DNA from: Catajapyx aquilonaris | Taxonomy: Eukaryota | Assembly: GCA_000934665.2 (NCBI GenBank) | Contig: JYFJ02001101.1 | Span: forward strand, 62,001-91,406 | DNA: 29,406 bases | Reading direction: 5' to 3' | In this document: piece after piece, positions 1-12,399 of the stretch | Position numbering within the stretch: the stretch's first letter is position 1 | Layout of the letters: each line of letters starts with the position of its first letter | Position numbers and translations under genes: made by a program | Notes under the pieces: generated by a model | The model's database searches: none | What the model saw: the letters and a program-made list of their open reading frames with translations, nothing else | Told to the model about the DNA's origin: nothing

Positions 1-377
1 GCGGATTTGCAAACTAGAGCAGGGAAAAGAGATGGAATTACCGGCCATTATGGCTGTTTGGGACGGGCCAAAAGAGTGGGGGGAGGACCAATAAATGCAG
101 CCCTTGCTTCATTAGTCATTTAATAGAGACGGGTGCGGGGTATGTGTGAGGATCCTCCACTTTTTTTAAAAAATTCAAGGTGATTAACAGATATATTCGA
201 GCACTTTCGAACTCATATGCAAAAAATTTCTGGGGATCTCTCGCAAAATGCAGTTTTTGCGAGTGAAAGCTGTAATCTTGTTTGGGGCTGCTCGGTTGCC
301 AGGTCAGGGTTTTGAAATTATAAACTGGCCTGGCCGCATTTTACTAAAAACTAGTGGAAATGATCACTTGGAGCTAA

Positions 378-547
378 TACAGGGCGATTCTCTCGAATGG
401 AAACCCAAACATTATTAAATAACTTTTACCTAATGATTGTATGATTCTCTATGAAAATTGACATGTCTTTACCTTGTATGATGCCAAACAATACAATATT
501 TAAAAAGTTATTGAGGAATGTTTGGGTTTCCATTCGAGAGAATCACA
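378..547. mobile_element. Tc1/mariner-type MITE (about 170 bp), right tip eroded
   Basis: Perfect 28-bp inverted repeat GATTCTCTCGAATGGAAACCCAAACATT at 386-413 and its reverse complement at 517-544, continuing imperfectly inward (AATAACTTTT / AAAAGTTATT). The left end starts TA-CAGGG, typical of Tc1/mariner ends. The interior is AT-rich and non-coding. Confidence 0.75.
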
Positions 548-3399
548 ATATTTGCGAACCGATTGTTCAAACAAAAATATTATGGTACAATGTATAGGAT
601 TTTCTTCTCTTAAAGGATAACGAGCTGGAAGTTGCCTGCGGGAATGAAATATGAGCAGCACGCAATCTAAGTGTTCTTCCCAAAAAAGGTGTGCTGATTG
701 TGGAAATTGAGGTAAAAAAAAGGTCGATTCTCTTGCCCTGCGATTAGTCCGTTTTGCTGATGTTTAAGCGAAACGCACGACACTAGATCAATCTTGTATG
801 GCGTCATCGATTGGACATTGTTCCGTTTGACAACAAATCAGTGCCGTGGAAAAAAATGCTTCAGTTTGTTCCCGAGTTTTTTTCAGCCATCATGAATGGT
901 TGAAGTGCATTCACGATTAGAGAGTATTAATAATTTCTCTTCTGGAGAGTTATGGCCCTTTGGGAGGAAATTCTGGGGAATGATGGAGAAACGACTGTGG
1001 GAATATATATATTTTTTGCTATCCTGCAAGGGCCACGTCGAAATAAATATAGCATTGCTGCAGTCCATTATTCCCGAACTTGGAATGATAAAAAACTGGG
1101 CGCGCTGGAATTCGAAACTCCGCTTTCGAGATTTTGCGTCCAATGAAAATGTATGGAACTCGGTGCGGTGAAGCCGAAGGATATTAGACTGATATCCTGC
1201 ACGGTACAGTATATCGGTTAGTAACCCAAAAAAAAGGTAGGCTTGGCTGGAATGCCTCTCGACTGCCGCATAAAACGAGCTCTCTTGCATCTCTTCATGC
1301 AAGCCATTTTCCCCTATACCCTCCAAAATACACACACTTGAGCTATAGTCCAACACTTTGTTCCAAACGTGGAGTATATATCCCTGTGAAAGATGATACA
1401 ACTCCACGAGGGGGGTCCACTCTTATCGGGGGAATGGTGCCCAACTAATTTTGAGAAATAGGCCGACCAGCTACTGCGATGATCGCGGGAGGCAAATGCT
1501 GATTTATTGGCCTGTATCGGCAATATCGAGTTTGGCCACTGCGTGATGTGGAGCTTTTTTTTCTCATTCAGGGACTTTGGGTTATCGCCTAAGGAATATA
1601 CGAGCAGGTAGGTCGTAAACATTGGGTGAAATATATGCATTTGAAGGTCGGTTTGGAGCGTACTGCATTCATGTTATTGGAGACGGTAGTATGACAAATA
1701 AGCAAATAAATTGGATATATTACTTGTACTTGTAATACGGAAAATTTAGTTGAGACGTTCTGCTCAAACAACTTAGGAAAACTAGAGCGTACAGTATTGA
1801 ATGTAACAAAACGGATTTCTTTAACAATGAAAATCTTGAGTGTTTGTGCATGACAGCATTTTAATGAACAGCAAGCTGTACTAACAGAGAGGCTTGTTAC
1901 TGGTAACGAACTTTGTACAGCCAAAGCAGCTTCAAAAACATGCTGAATTATGCAAAATGTTGCGTAATCCAGCAATGAGTTATGCATGGTTGCCCTGGAA
2001 TATATTTTTCAATCGCTTTTGCTAATAATAACAACGAAGAGGAAAGTTTCCATTGTTTGATGCCTGGTTCTTGAAGGCCCGGTGCACAAACCCCGATTCA
2101 ATTAGAGTTCGCGACCCATAATCTTGAACCAGATCCAGTGTTTGCCTGGGAAGAAACTGAGGAAACGTTTCAAGAATCGATTACAACCAGGACATATAGG
2201 CTGATGTGTTTTTTCCCCTAGCGTCTCGAACCACCTAATGCAATACATTAACCCCCTTTTTTTGCGAGTGTGTCTTCTTTTCCCCTCGTTTTTTTTGTTC
2301 TTCTCGCGGGGTTCAAGTCGAAAAGGAACACTCATCAAAGCAGAAACTCTTTCTTGGCTGCTCTGCAGAAACGTGACTCTTGCTGCACATTAACCACGCT
2401 GCGCCTGGAGATAAGATTCGCTCTTCGGCTAATTTAGTTTGCTCTTTTCCTATGAACTCCATTAGCTGCACTGGAAAGCCCATGGAGGGAGAATCTTAGG
2501 AGGGAAGGCGTGTATTGAGGCGCAAGTGCTGCTGCAGCCAGCTAAGGCTTTGCTTGGCGTCTTCTCTCTCTTGCCTTTGGACGACTCAATATGGAAAGGC
2601 TGTGACAGAGATACCGATGCCTGGCTTGATAAACACAGATGAAACTAGGCGAACCAGCTTGCAGCCCTAATTCCGCCTCTAAAGCACTTTCGGGAGAGAA
2701 TTGAGTCAAATCGTTCATGTTCCGACCTTGACATGTGCAATATTGTGCGATAGTATAGTAGCAGCCGCTTAATTGCATTGCGGATAATGTCATATTACAG
2801 CAATTTACATCGGATTGCTAGTTATCTGATTCATGAATTCATTTAGAGAGTTAATCAACATTACATCAGCCATTTAGTACCAACAAAATATGCAAATATG
2901 CGGCGGAGTCGATTAAGAGGAGTCAATATATGAACAGTTGGGGTTTGCAGATCTTTTGTAAATATACATGGAGCATGAGGAATTTAAAATGCAATTAAGT
3001 TGATGTAACTGTACTTACAGAAATTTAACCATCTTGCGTTTCAGGCACTTTAGGCCTTCAAATGAAATGCGCGATTGGAGGATTGTTTTTTGGGCTTATG
3101 GTATAATAACAACAGCACGTTTTTCGTCAACCAAACTCAGCTCCACTCTGTGTGTTTACCAAAAAAGAAGGCATACGCTACTGAAGGGTTAATTATGAAA
3201 TTGCAATCAGTGTTTAAATAATTGACGGTCCATCGGTATAGAGTGTACCATGTATTGATGCATAAATGGGAATTGCGCTATCAGTATTATTAATTATTGA
3301 TGATATTTATAATGTTGAATTATTATCTATCACGTACTTTCTGAAGCTTTTATTGAACTGCATCAATGTTTTATGGCCGGGTTATTTGCGCTCCCGTGA

Positions 3400-4300
3400 A
3401 TAGTTTCCGCATGCAGTTGGGCCTGACCACCCAGCAGTTATATGTTGCATTCGGAGCTTGAAATTGGGCGCACTGTAAGAGTGGGTCTGGTAAAAGCCTA
3501 TAGACTCTATAAAACGGACCTGATGGTATAATATTGAATTGGGATATGAATAGTAGATAATGTGCTGGTTTGTCCAAATGCTTTCATCAATGCATAAACT
3601 GCTGAAAATATTATTATTTTTTATCTGCACATATAGGCTAGGCATGCAGTTCCGGTCTATGGAGAAGGGCTTTGATCGGAGTAATGAATTGGAATCTAAT
3701 CGAATGTGGTGCTATGTATCATTCCGTGTTCAGGATTTTCGAAAATGGCTTGTCGACCTCGTGTTTTGAATTTTGCAGTACCCCTGTAGTGTTCCCGTTA
3801 TAGCCTTTTGAGCGTCACGGCCAGAGCTTATTTGTCCTCTCAAAACACGCCAATATATCAAATGATTGATGAAGCAAACATGGGATCGAGCTATTAATGC
3901 GATTACTTGTGTGGCAGATGGTGTTTGGTCTAAGGGAGAAACTTTGTGCTCGGCATTTTAGTTGCAGAAGGTGTGCGCACATCTCCTCCAGGCGACATAG
4001 GTTCGAACCATCCCGGGCCAAAGGTCACGGGCTGTAATCAATCCCTTCCCCAGGTTTCGATCGATTCCAGGAGAGTAGCCTACAGTAACGAGCATGAGAA
4101 AATCACTGGACAGCACGCTGCTTCCTACCTGCTATTTCACACCAGTGGGAATGTTTTCTTCTGCTAACCAAAACATTATCGCCGGACACGATGAGGATTT
4201 TTCAGTTGCATTTAAATCTCGATATGGCATATGGAACAGTTCTAAATGGAAGATTCCCATGAAGATGTATTAATCAACGAATATACAGGGTTCTCTCTCT
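3400..4300 (+). mobile_element. Decayed non-LTR retrotransposon (LINE) reverse transcriptase
   Basis: Degenerate RT motifs occur in the expected order across frameshifts: GPD (3419-3427), YR[t]PI-like (3499-3511), FxxxxSxxHxLLKI followed by FRSMEKGFDR (resembles FLDxEKAFDR, EKGFD at 3662-3676), SVP...GQSLFVL (about 3790-3840), ADG at the YADD position (3914-3922), VSIDSRRVAYSNEHEKITG (resembles IDGxxIxxSxxxKYLG, 4054-4110) and SYLLFHT. Confidence 0.65.
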
Positions 4301-5362
4301 CTCTCAATTGAAGAAGCCAGCAACTCGCATACTATAAAACCAGGCCGTTCTCTCTGGAACCAGAAATCAATAAAACTGATGACCACCGGAGAAAAAGAAT
4401 CATTTTTGACCGTGTGCGCGGGTTCAAATTGATTCGGAACATATATAGGTCTAACCGTAAATGAAAATAGCATTGGTGGCTGCGAAACTTTGCATTTTGA
4501 ATAATTCATGATACGCCCATTAGATGAGTTTCCCTAATGAGTGGTATTGAATATTCACTACCATAGCACTACAGTTTCCCGTGAGTCATTGTTCATAACC
4601 CGTTAATTTTATTGACATTTACTGCATCTTTTTTTATTATTTGTGAGTGAAGATATGTGCCATTTTTGGGCACTGTATCCTCAAGTTTCATTACACAGGA
4701 TCAGAAGCTGCGGCTATGCTTTCCCTTTGTGCTCTCATTACACACAGGCTCTGTATAGCCCAAAATAATATTTTTTTTTGGGGGGGGTGGATCCATCCAG
4801 AGAGCGGGCCTCAATAATTGATGGGATATCCCGCAGTTATATCCGCGGATTCCCCGGATCGTTCTTCCTGAAAACTGCATGAAGCAAGCACATTTGGAGC
4901 CCCGGGAACATATCACGTCCGCAATCGAGTTGTGGCAGTTGTGGATGCTGCAAGCCTTGTTCGGATATGAACTTGATTATAGCATCGTCACCCGCAGACG
5001 GGGATAGAAATTGCTTCACCAGATTCACTTTGCCGGGTGTTTGCCGCCGTTCTATCTCCGCTCGAGATGCTGGATGCGCCGCTTGTGATTGCTCCTGATA
5101 TTATTACCATTTCGGCGGTCGACTCTTCAACCACTTCGGGTCATGGGGGGCAGAATCAACATTGGTTGGTTGGCTGCCATGACTCGTGGGTGTGGATACA
5201 CTGCAGATTCGAATAAAGATACAGTGATAGTTGGCAAATGGCCAAAAATGTCACGCATAATTTTATACGTGACGCGGTGTCACGGATATTTTTATGCGCG
5301 ACGATAAATTGTAATAATCAATGCTGTACAGTGTAAACTAAATTGCTATCTTGTCTTTACAG

Positions 5363-5403
5363 GTACGTTGAACGTGGAAACCCCCCTGCGGACATTCCCA
5401 AGA
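5363..5403 (+). other. Candidate 41-nt micro-exon or recursive-splice exon
   Basis: Preceded by the pyrimidine-rich acceptor ctatcttgtctttacAG (ends 5362), begins with donor-like GTACGT, and is followed by GTGAGT at 5404-5409. No transcript evidence is available. Confidence 0.3.
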
Positions 5404-6811
5404 GTGAGTACTTGAGTTGATTAGTAGAGAGCGAGGGGGCCCCCTACACCAGAAAATATGGGAGATATCAAGAGTGAACTTCTAGTTAAAACAGACGGCA
5501 ATGAAATATTACAATTTGCACTCAAGATATTCTCCCAGGAGCGGTCGTCACCTCCAGAAAGCGCATGTGTCAGCTTGTCAGTTTATTAACCCGTTTAGAT
5601 GTTTTCCTGGGGAAGCTCGCGGTAATTAGGATAATTATTGCGAACTGCTGGCGTACATCAGAGGGTCGGTATTTCACGCTTTGCACGCACTGGAACGTGT
5701 TTCAGACGAGATTTCTTGTCTTTTTTAGAAAATTTAAAAGCAGTTAACCTCTTTTTGAAATGATATACTACTCGCAAGGGTATATCACATTCGCAGAAAA
5801 GTTGTGCTGGGCCAAAAATAATTCAGTCAGTTCACTATCCAGTGAGTAAGCAAATATTCGTATTTTATAGGCCTAAAGTTATTTACACCACATGTTTACA
5901 CTATACAGCCAATATATGTGCACAAGCCACCTGCATGATGGAGAAATATAAAACTGAAAAATGAGCAGTTACTTTGCGGCACGTGTTGCCAAATTAAAAT
6001 GGCTTAGATCTCCCAGAGTTTTTTTTCCTGCTAATTAGGACAACCCTGTCAAAACCGGACGCTAAAACGGATTGCGTCCAATCCTGTGTAATGCACGTTT
6101 CGGATTTTCTTCTAATATTGCCATTAGCTGATGTAGCCAAAAGTTGGATGAAAATTTACCACCAATGAACACGACATCAGTTAAAGTTACAAACAACTTG
6201 TAATCTTACATCAGCCTGGGTTTTACCCGAAAATGAACAGCTTTTTTTGAAATGTAGTTTTTTTTTGTTGCTGACAGAGATGCTGTTCCAATTATACTTT
6301 TGTCGGTGCTATAATGCAGAGCATCAAGCCCTGTCGAGGTTAATATCAGGAACTCTCTCGCTCGAATCCCTAGAAATAAAAGTCTCGTAGGATTGGTCGG
6401 GGGGGATGTGCTGAGTTTTTTTCTTCTTCTTCCGAAGAAAGACCGCGTGGCAGGTAAAGGCGGAAAGAAATGCAATCCCCGAAAAAGAAGGAAACTTCTT
6501 GCCGTCCACTTCACTGGCATATTAATAGCGACAGGTCCATTTCTTAGACCACAAACTCCATTAATTCCGGACTTAACTCGATACTTGCCTTCGTATCGGG
6601 TTGGAAAGGAGAAGAAAATGACGCCAAAATGCATGGAGTGATATATGAGCTGGCCTCACGGCTGGAAGCCACGTTTTGGGCTTTTGCCTCCAAGGAAAAG
6701 AATGAGAGAAAAAATATACCGCCCGTCGATGTGAAGACCGAACTTGGGCTTTTCATATCGTTGTTATTACGATGGCGGGGGTTTGAAGGAGCTGGAGACA
6801 AGTTGATATAA

Positions 6812-7040
6812 GTTCAGGTAGCATGCCAAGGTGTTATTTTCTTCTCCGAGCTGTGTGTGGTGCCACAAAGTGTGGTTATTGGGGTCAGACATGAGCTTTG
6901 GAACCGACATAAGAGTGTGGATGACATGGCCCCCAGTAAGAGGCGGGAAAGATTGAGAAATTTTGTCGCCATCTAGGGTTATTTATGTGCTCGAAATTGT
7001 GGTCGGTGCTTTGAACCCTGCCAGAAAAAAGAGCATGGCA
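6812..7040 (+). mobile_element. Short decayed LINE RT fragment
   Basis: In-frame QVACQGVIFFSELCVVPQSVVIG...HKSVDDMA resembles QxVxxxG..S..GVPQGSVLG...KYVDD with an internal deletion (VDD at 6917-6925). After a frameshift, LNPARKKSM (7011-7037) resembles LNPxKTKxM. Confidence 0.4.
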
Positions 7041-7076
7041 ACAGGACATTCTGAGATAGAATGCCACTGAAGATAT

Positions 7077-7427
7077 ACACTCTAAATATTGCGAGTGTCT
7101 TCCACTCGATTTGAGTGATTTTTATTCTTTCTACCACTTGATTTAACGCGGACCACTAGGTTTGAGTGAAACTCAGAAGATTACTTGAATGAAATTTTTA
7201 CTCTATCTTTTTACTCAAATTCACTTTTTCTACCACTTGAGATTCCCACTAGTTTTGACAGCGTTTTGAGTGAAAATCACTCGATTACTTTAGTGAAGAT
7301 TTTCACTCAAATTTTTTACTCAATGTCAGTGACGTTTCCACTCAATTTGAGCAAAGTGACCCCTCAATTCGAGTGAAACCAACCACTTTTTTGAGAATCT
7401 TGCATTTCACTCGATTTTTTTGATTGA
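7077..7427. mobile_element. Foldback-like non-autonomous DNA element made of short GAGTG/CACTC sub-repeats
   Basis: Many (TT)GAGTG(AAA) and (TTT)CACTC(AA) motifs in both orientations, and TTTCTACCACTTGA repeated directly (about 7128 and 7226). The ends are imperfect inverted copies: taCACTCtaaatattgCGAGTG ... CACTCGatttttttGATTG. Confidence 0.6.
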
Positions 7428-10081
7428 GCTATTTGGTGCAAATGATGCTTGATAGTGCCTAAATTTAAAATGCGTTTTTTAAATAAAAAAATCGAAATTC
7501 TTTTTCAACGTCACGTGCCTACAATTTTAGCATGCAAATTTATTCCACAAATTGAGCAATGCACGTGCCGGTTTGCTCTCTGCTGGTACCGGGCTGTACA
7601 TTGCCGGTCCTCATTCGGACGATTTTAGCTCCAGGCACGACCCGTGGATTGTTTGCCTGCGCATCTTCTCCCAATTTGTCACGCAGTTCAACCTCCACCC
7701 CCACCCCTCTCTGATAATTTCAGGCTTCATTCCCCCCAGTGCCCGTCACCATTTCCACGAGCGATTAATTTCCGCGCAAAAGTACAGCACAAATCGAAAA
7801 GATTGCGCTCGACAAAATCGCTCTATTCTCTCTGAACCACATCATAGCAAGTCATAATTAGGGAAACTGGTCGGATATCAGATCACATAAAAAAGTGAAA
7901 GAGAGCAGAAAAAAATACTACAGCTTCTGCCTGGCGTGGCTTTATATTAAACCGGGCTCGTAATCCTCCCCGGGAAAGTAATTCGGCAAAATCGAAAAGG
8001 ATGCTCCAAGTGATAAAAGGAGCTACAACTCTTAAGAGCTCCAGACTCTCCAATTACGACAAATGTCCCAGATAACCCTCCGGACCCATAATTCTAGCTG
8101 ATTCGAGATGTAACTCCGTGCAGGGAGTAGACGACTTTTCCGATACGTCCCCCTCCTTTTCTTTTAAGGGGACGAAAGAAACTTGGTTTCCTTTTTTTTC
8201 GGGGAGAGAAAGAGAAAGGTCCTTTTTTTCCAGATTCCTATTCTCCTTTTTTTTGTTCCTAGAGATACTTGGCCTCGCACTTCTCCATATCCTCAGATGA
8301 ATCTCGGTTTGTAACCCCTTACGAACACTAAAACCTCGGAGTCGTCGTCCGTGCCAGGGAGGCCCTTTCACGCCCGGTTGCATTTCTTAGTGCGCATTTT
8401 GGACCAGGAGAAGGATACTTTTGCTCTATTTCTAGGATGGACGCAAAAAATAGGCGGAAAGGTCCGGTCGTGCTGGAGCCGAAAAAATATTTGTCAAATT
8501 GCGTGATACACCAAACGATTTGCATTTTTTTTTAAACCAATGGACTTTAGTACACACTGTAGTTCTAGGCAAATAATCGAAAATTTTCTCTTTATAGGTG
8601 CAAGCGAGGGGGAGGGGGGGTCATGTTTGCGCAAATTGGGCGTAATATTTAAAACCGTTTAATTTCTCGTTTCCAATCAGTTAGGCTGGAGTTTTAATGG
8701 CGAGCTGCGCTACAGTAATTGCAAAATTGCTTTTTGTGCACTGCGAATAGGCAGCTCCGATATTGAAACCGGTATGTGACATATTGCCGCTATGCAGTAC
8801 ATAAACATGTTATGCTAGCCAGAGTAATTTTCAGCCACGTATGCATTGCGTTTGATATAAGACTATACGTTTTCGCATTTCGGCTAACACATGTACAGGT
8901 TTGGTCTCTTACAACACATTGTCTCTTAAATTAATTACGCAGAAGCCGTTGGACCACTCATAAATTACGTCTCCCGGAACTGTAGTACGTTGCTTACGCC
9001 AACACAAAATGGCATGCATGTGCGAACAATTCAAACTACCGGAACTTGTCCGGAGATAAATTATGAAGCAGTGAAAGTCAGCGAATTATTCAACCACTGC
9101 TGCAAAATGTTTGTTCAAATATCCGCGAAATAATATTGAAGCACCGCATAGTTGATGACCACTCCGCCTTGATTTCAATATTGGAAAATAGGTTTAAAAA
9201 TAAACAAAACAGCCACTCTCCATGTATGACATTAGATATTCAAACGGGATGGAAAAAAAGGAAATGTGACTTGGCCAATTTCCATTTGAATTCTGGCCGG
9301 CGAGAGAATGAAGAAAGGTCTTGGATGGGGTTCTTCCTCGCCCTGCCCGGATAATGGCTTCAAGGATAAATTATTGTGAAGCAATTATGGAAGATGGCAC
9401 GGAAAAATTCCAAACATGCGGTTCGCCTTTGAATCTTTTGTTCTTTTTTTTTCTTCCCACCCAACCCGCAAAATTATCTTTATTAATACGCAAGAAAAAG
9501 ATGGGAGAAAGCAGCGGTTATCGCCGCCCGCTAAACTTTTGCCCCGCGTGTTTATTACATTATGGCCATTATCGCTCATTGAATTAAAGGTACGGCCTTA
9601 GTTTGTAAACTACTCAGTTATTCTTAATTAATGTAATGGGAGCTGAGGATTACGGGGCCGGAGCCCCCTCGCAGTTGAATTTCAATTCCCTAACGAGTTT
9701 TGGCCCAGATTAGGGGATTGCTGCACCAGTTTCGATTTTTTTTTTAAACGACGACGTGTAAACCTCACCTCCACCTGGAAACGTCAACAAATCATTCAAA
9801 AAGTCAAAGAGTTGAAAGTTGGAGGAAAAAAATCGCTGCATTTCTCACGGAAGCTGTCCCAAGTTGGGACTAGTTGTCAAGAAATATATTTCATGGCCAA
9901 GTTTTGCCCCCATGAGGAGATCAGCTTGGAAAAAGACGTCACATTTCCGGACTGAGCTTTTCAGGAGATGGGAGGAGTTGCAAAGCTTGTTCCAAACCCC
10001 CTCCTTTTTTTGGACAATCTCCCCACCTCCGCCTCTCCCCACCCCAATGTATAAAAGGCTGGAGTGATTCTTCCCATCGTG

Positions 10082-12030
10082 GGCGTTTGCACATTCATGA
10101 CCCCATTTCTCCTTCCCATGACAATTGTTACCGACTAAATGTATGGGAGGTCTAAAAGTTGGTGGCTGTGAAGATGGAGGAGGTTGGTATTGATCATACG
10201 TCTTCAACATTCCCAACAAGCCCATTTGGCTAGAAGGAGAAGGTCATTTGAATTGGGAATGCGGCCCGCGCCGCTTTAGATAAATGAGAAAGCGTTGGCT
10301 GGAATGCTGGGGAAGGGACGCTTCTCTCTTGCTGATGCTCTCTTTTCAAAACCAAAGGTATCCTTTCGGCTCCCACTAAATGGACAAAGATTTCGGGTTT
10401 GGAAGCAACCATGTACCACGCAGTAAAACCTATTTCTCAAAATTACCAGAAGAGACGGAGAACAATTTATCTGCACTAGAAAAAATCTTTTTGGAGAGGT
10501 TACTTTCCCGCCTCAAGGATGCTCGAAATAATCTTGGTGACAGCCAATTTTAGGACGGGCCAAAAATGGCTCCAAACTGGCTCTTATGCGTGCACTATCC
10601 AAAATAAGGCGAGATGTATATTTAATGCCGGTATCGGTGTACTTTATTGTCTTTTCAGACCTCACCTGAATTTTGTATGGAGGGGAAAAAAGCCGGAATG
10701 ATAACAACCGTGCTGCTGTGCCACCCTGAAAATTTCGCTCGTCGCAAACTTTTCCGCCTATTCACTATTAATGGGAAGCTTTCAAGCAGATTATAAAGTT
10801 ACACTATTAGTCGCTTTATGACGCAAATGGCTTTTGCAGGTACAAAAATATTGAGCCCGAGCAGAGATAATCTTAAATTTTCTGTGGGACTTGCCTTTTG
10901 CAACATCGCACCTGAAAGAGCAACTGCAACTGTGCAACTTAATGAGGAATTATGGGGCCAAGTTTGCCATTGTGGCAATCCCATGCTGAGCTGCACTGCC
11001 TTCCAAAAAGGAGATTACTAATTTCAGTTGTGCTTCTTGTGTGGAAAGGGAACAAAAAATTTGTGCCTCATAATTTAATATTTGTGCCCTTCCTGTTGCC
11101 TTCCCCCCAATATATTGTCCAAAATGCCAGGAAGGTTCAGACACAAGTGGTGTTGGACTTATCCCGAGGTCGACATCAAATCCAAAGGGGGATCTAGGTT
11201 GTTATGCGGGATGAAACCCGGATTGGAAGTATAAGGCTCCTCCAGCCGCAATCTTTGAGCCCCTCTATTTCGAAATTGAGAGCAAGCTAGGCACCGAGGG
11301 ATATAATATTAGCCTAGGTGTTTGGATTACGGAATATGGCGGAAATTGGCCCTGCGGCCGTGGCCTGCAAATGTCAGTCTAAGATATATACTGTAAGATT
11401 TCGTGTGCATTGCTCAACATTTGTTCGAACATGTGTATTATTCAAGGCGGTTTACAGTCCGTAGCCATGCCCCTATGCTGTTTGGAAGCCTGTGGTACTA
11501 CCTGCTTAGGATGTATAAGGACTGAAATTGATATAGACCCCTGTTGTTGCAAAGTACCGGGGGTTGAACTGTACGTAATAATTTGTCACGGTGCGAGAGC
11601 TGGAGGATACCCGGGCAAAACCGCCGCTCCCAGGCCTGTCATGGCGCCCTCTCCACGAAAATTACAGGGGAGTTCCCCGGTGCGGGGCTGTTGCAAAAAT
11701 GTCGATTCGGCTAATGCAGGCTGAGAAACCTGCCCAGTGCTTGTGTGACATGTCGTGGATGTTCACCTTGAAGATGAAGCACACAGAAGCAGGATTCCAT
11801 ATCAGAAAAGTAGTTGGGTCCTGGCGCAAAGGAGCGTAAGCCGAAGGTACATCCCGTCGAAGCTTGTTTATCCGGAGCGAGCAAACATTGTCGAGATCAA
11901 GTCGGTACCCGGAGCGGTCCCAAATTAATCCCGATCGTGGCTGTGGCAGAGGTCAGAGTAATTACAGGAGACCTCCGGATCGGATGGGGAGGCTTGAATG
12001 GCAAGGGGGAAAGCATCCAAGGATAACTCT
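10082..12030 (-). mobile_element. Decayed LTR-retrotransposon (Ty3/Gypsy-like) gag
   Basis: A long Pro/Gln/Ser-rich minus frame with scattered stops runs into capsid-like EAQLKLVISFLEGSAAQ (11036-10986, resembles KxxxAxxxLxGxAxxW). It is followed by Pro-rich QYQPPPSSQPPTFRPP and a degenerate CCHC knuckle CHGKEKWGHECANA (10123-10082). The 5' limit is uncertain. Confidence 0.55.
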
Positions 12031-12399
12031 ATAGTTCTTTTGCCGACCAACGTCCATTCCGGTAGTGACAGCGGCTTTTCAGAGCGTCGCGTCCCCCCAT
12101 CCCATGACCTGTTTACGGACGATCACTCCGGAACAATGCAGGGAGAGAATGAGAGGAGCAGATGACGTTGTGTTCCAGCTGACGGTGTGCCAACACCAAG
12201 GTCCTCCGACGCCCTTCTAAGACTTAACACTGCCCGGGTCCTTTTATGGCCATGGGGACATGTGGCTCTGCAGTCATTTCAACCCTCCCAAAATTCCCAT
12301 TTTTCAAGTGCCCCCTTTCCTCTACCCTCCCCCCTTTCTTCAGGGCCCAGGGATCGTTACTTTCCTCCTCATTGTCCAAGTGAGAAATCAATGAGGAGT

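Noticed and set aside
883..1407. 174-aa minus-strand ORF as a real gene (for example a divergent receptor)
   Set aside because: No recognisable domain, a non-ATG start and no supporting exon structure. The length is compatible with chance.
1855..1920. hAT dimerisation-like LPVTSLSVSTACCSLK on the minus strand
   Set aside because: Spacing fits but the conserved ERxFS core is absent and the flanks do not match.
3779..3812. miR-10/miR-993-like start TACCCCTGTAG
   Set aside because: The seed differs, no complementary arm is evident, and it lies inside a LINE relic.
3900..3950. Sushi/CCP-like peptide ITCVADGVWSKGETLC
   Set aside because: Flanked by stops, and better explained as the degenerate YADD region of the surrounding LINE RT.
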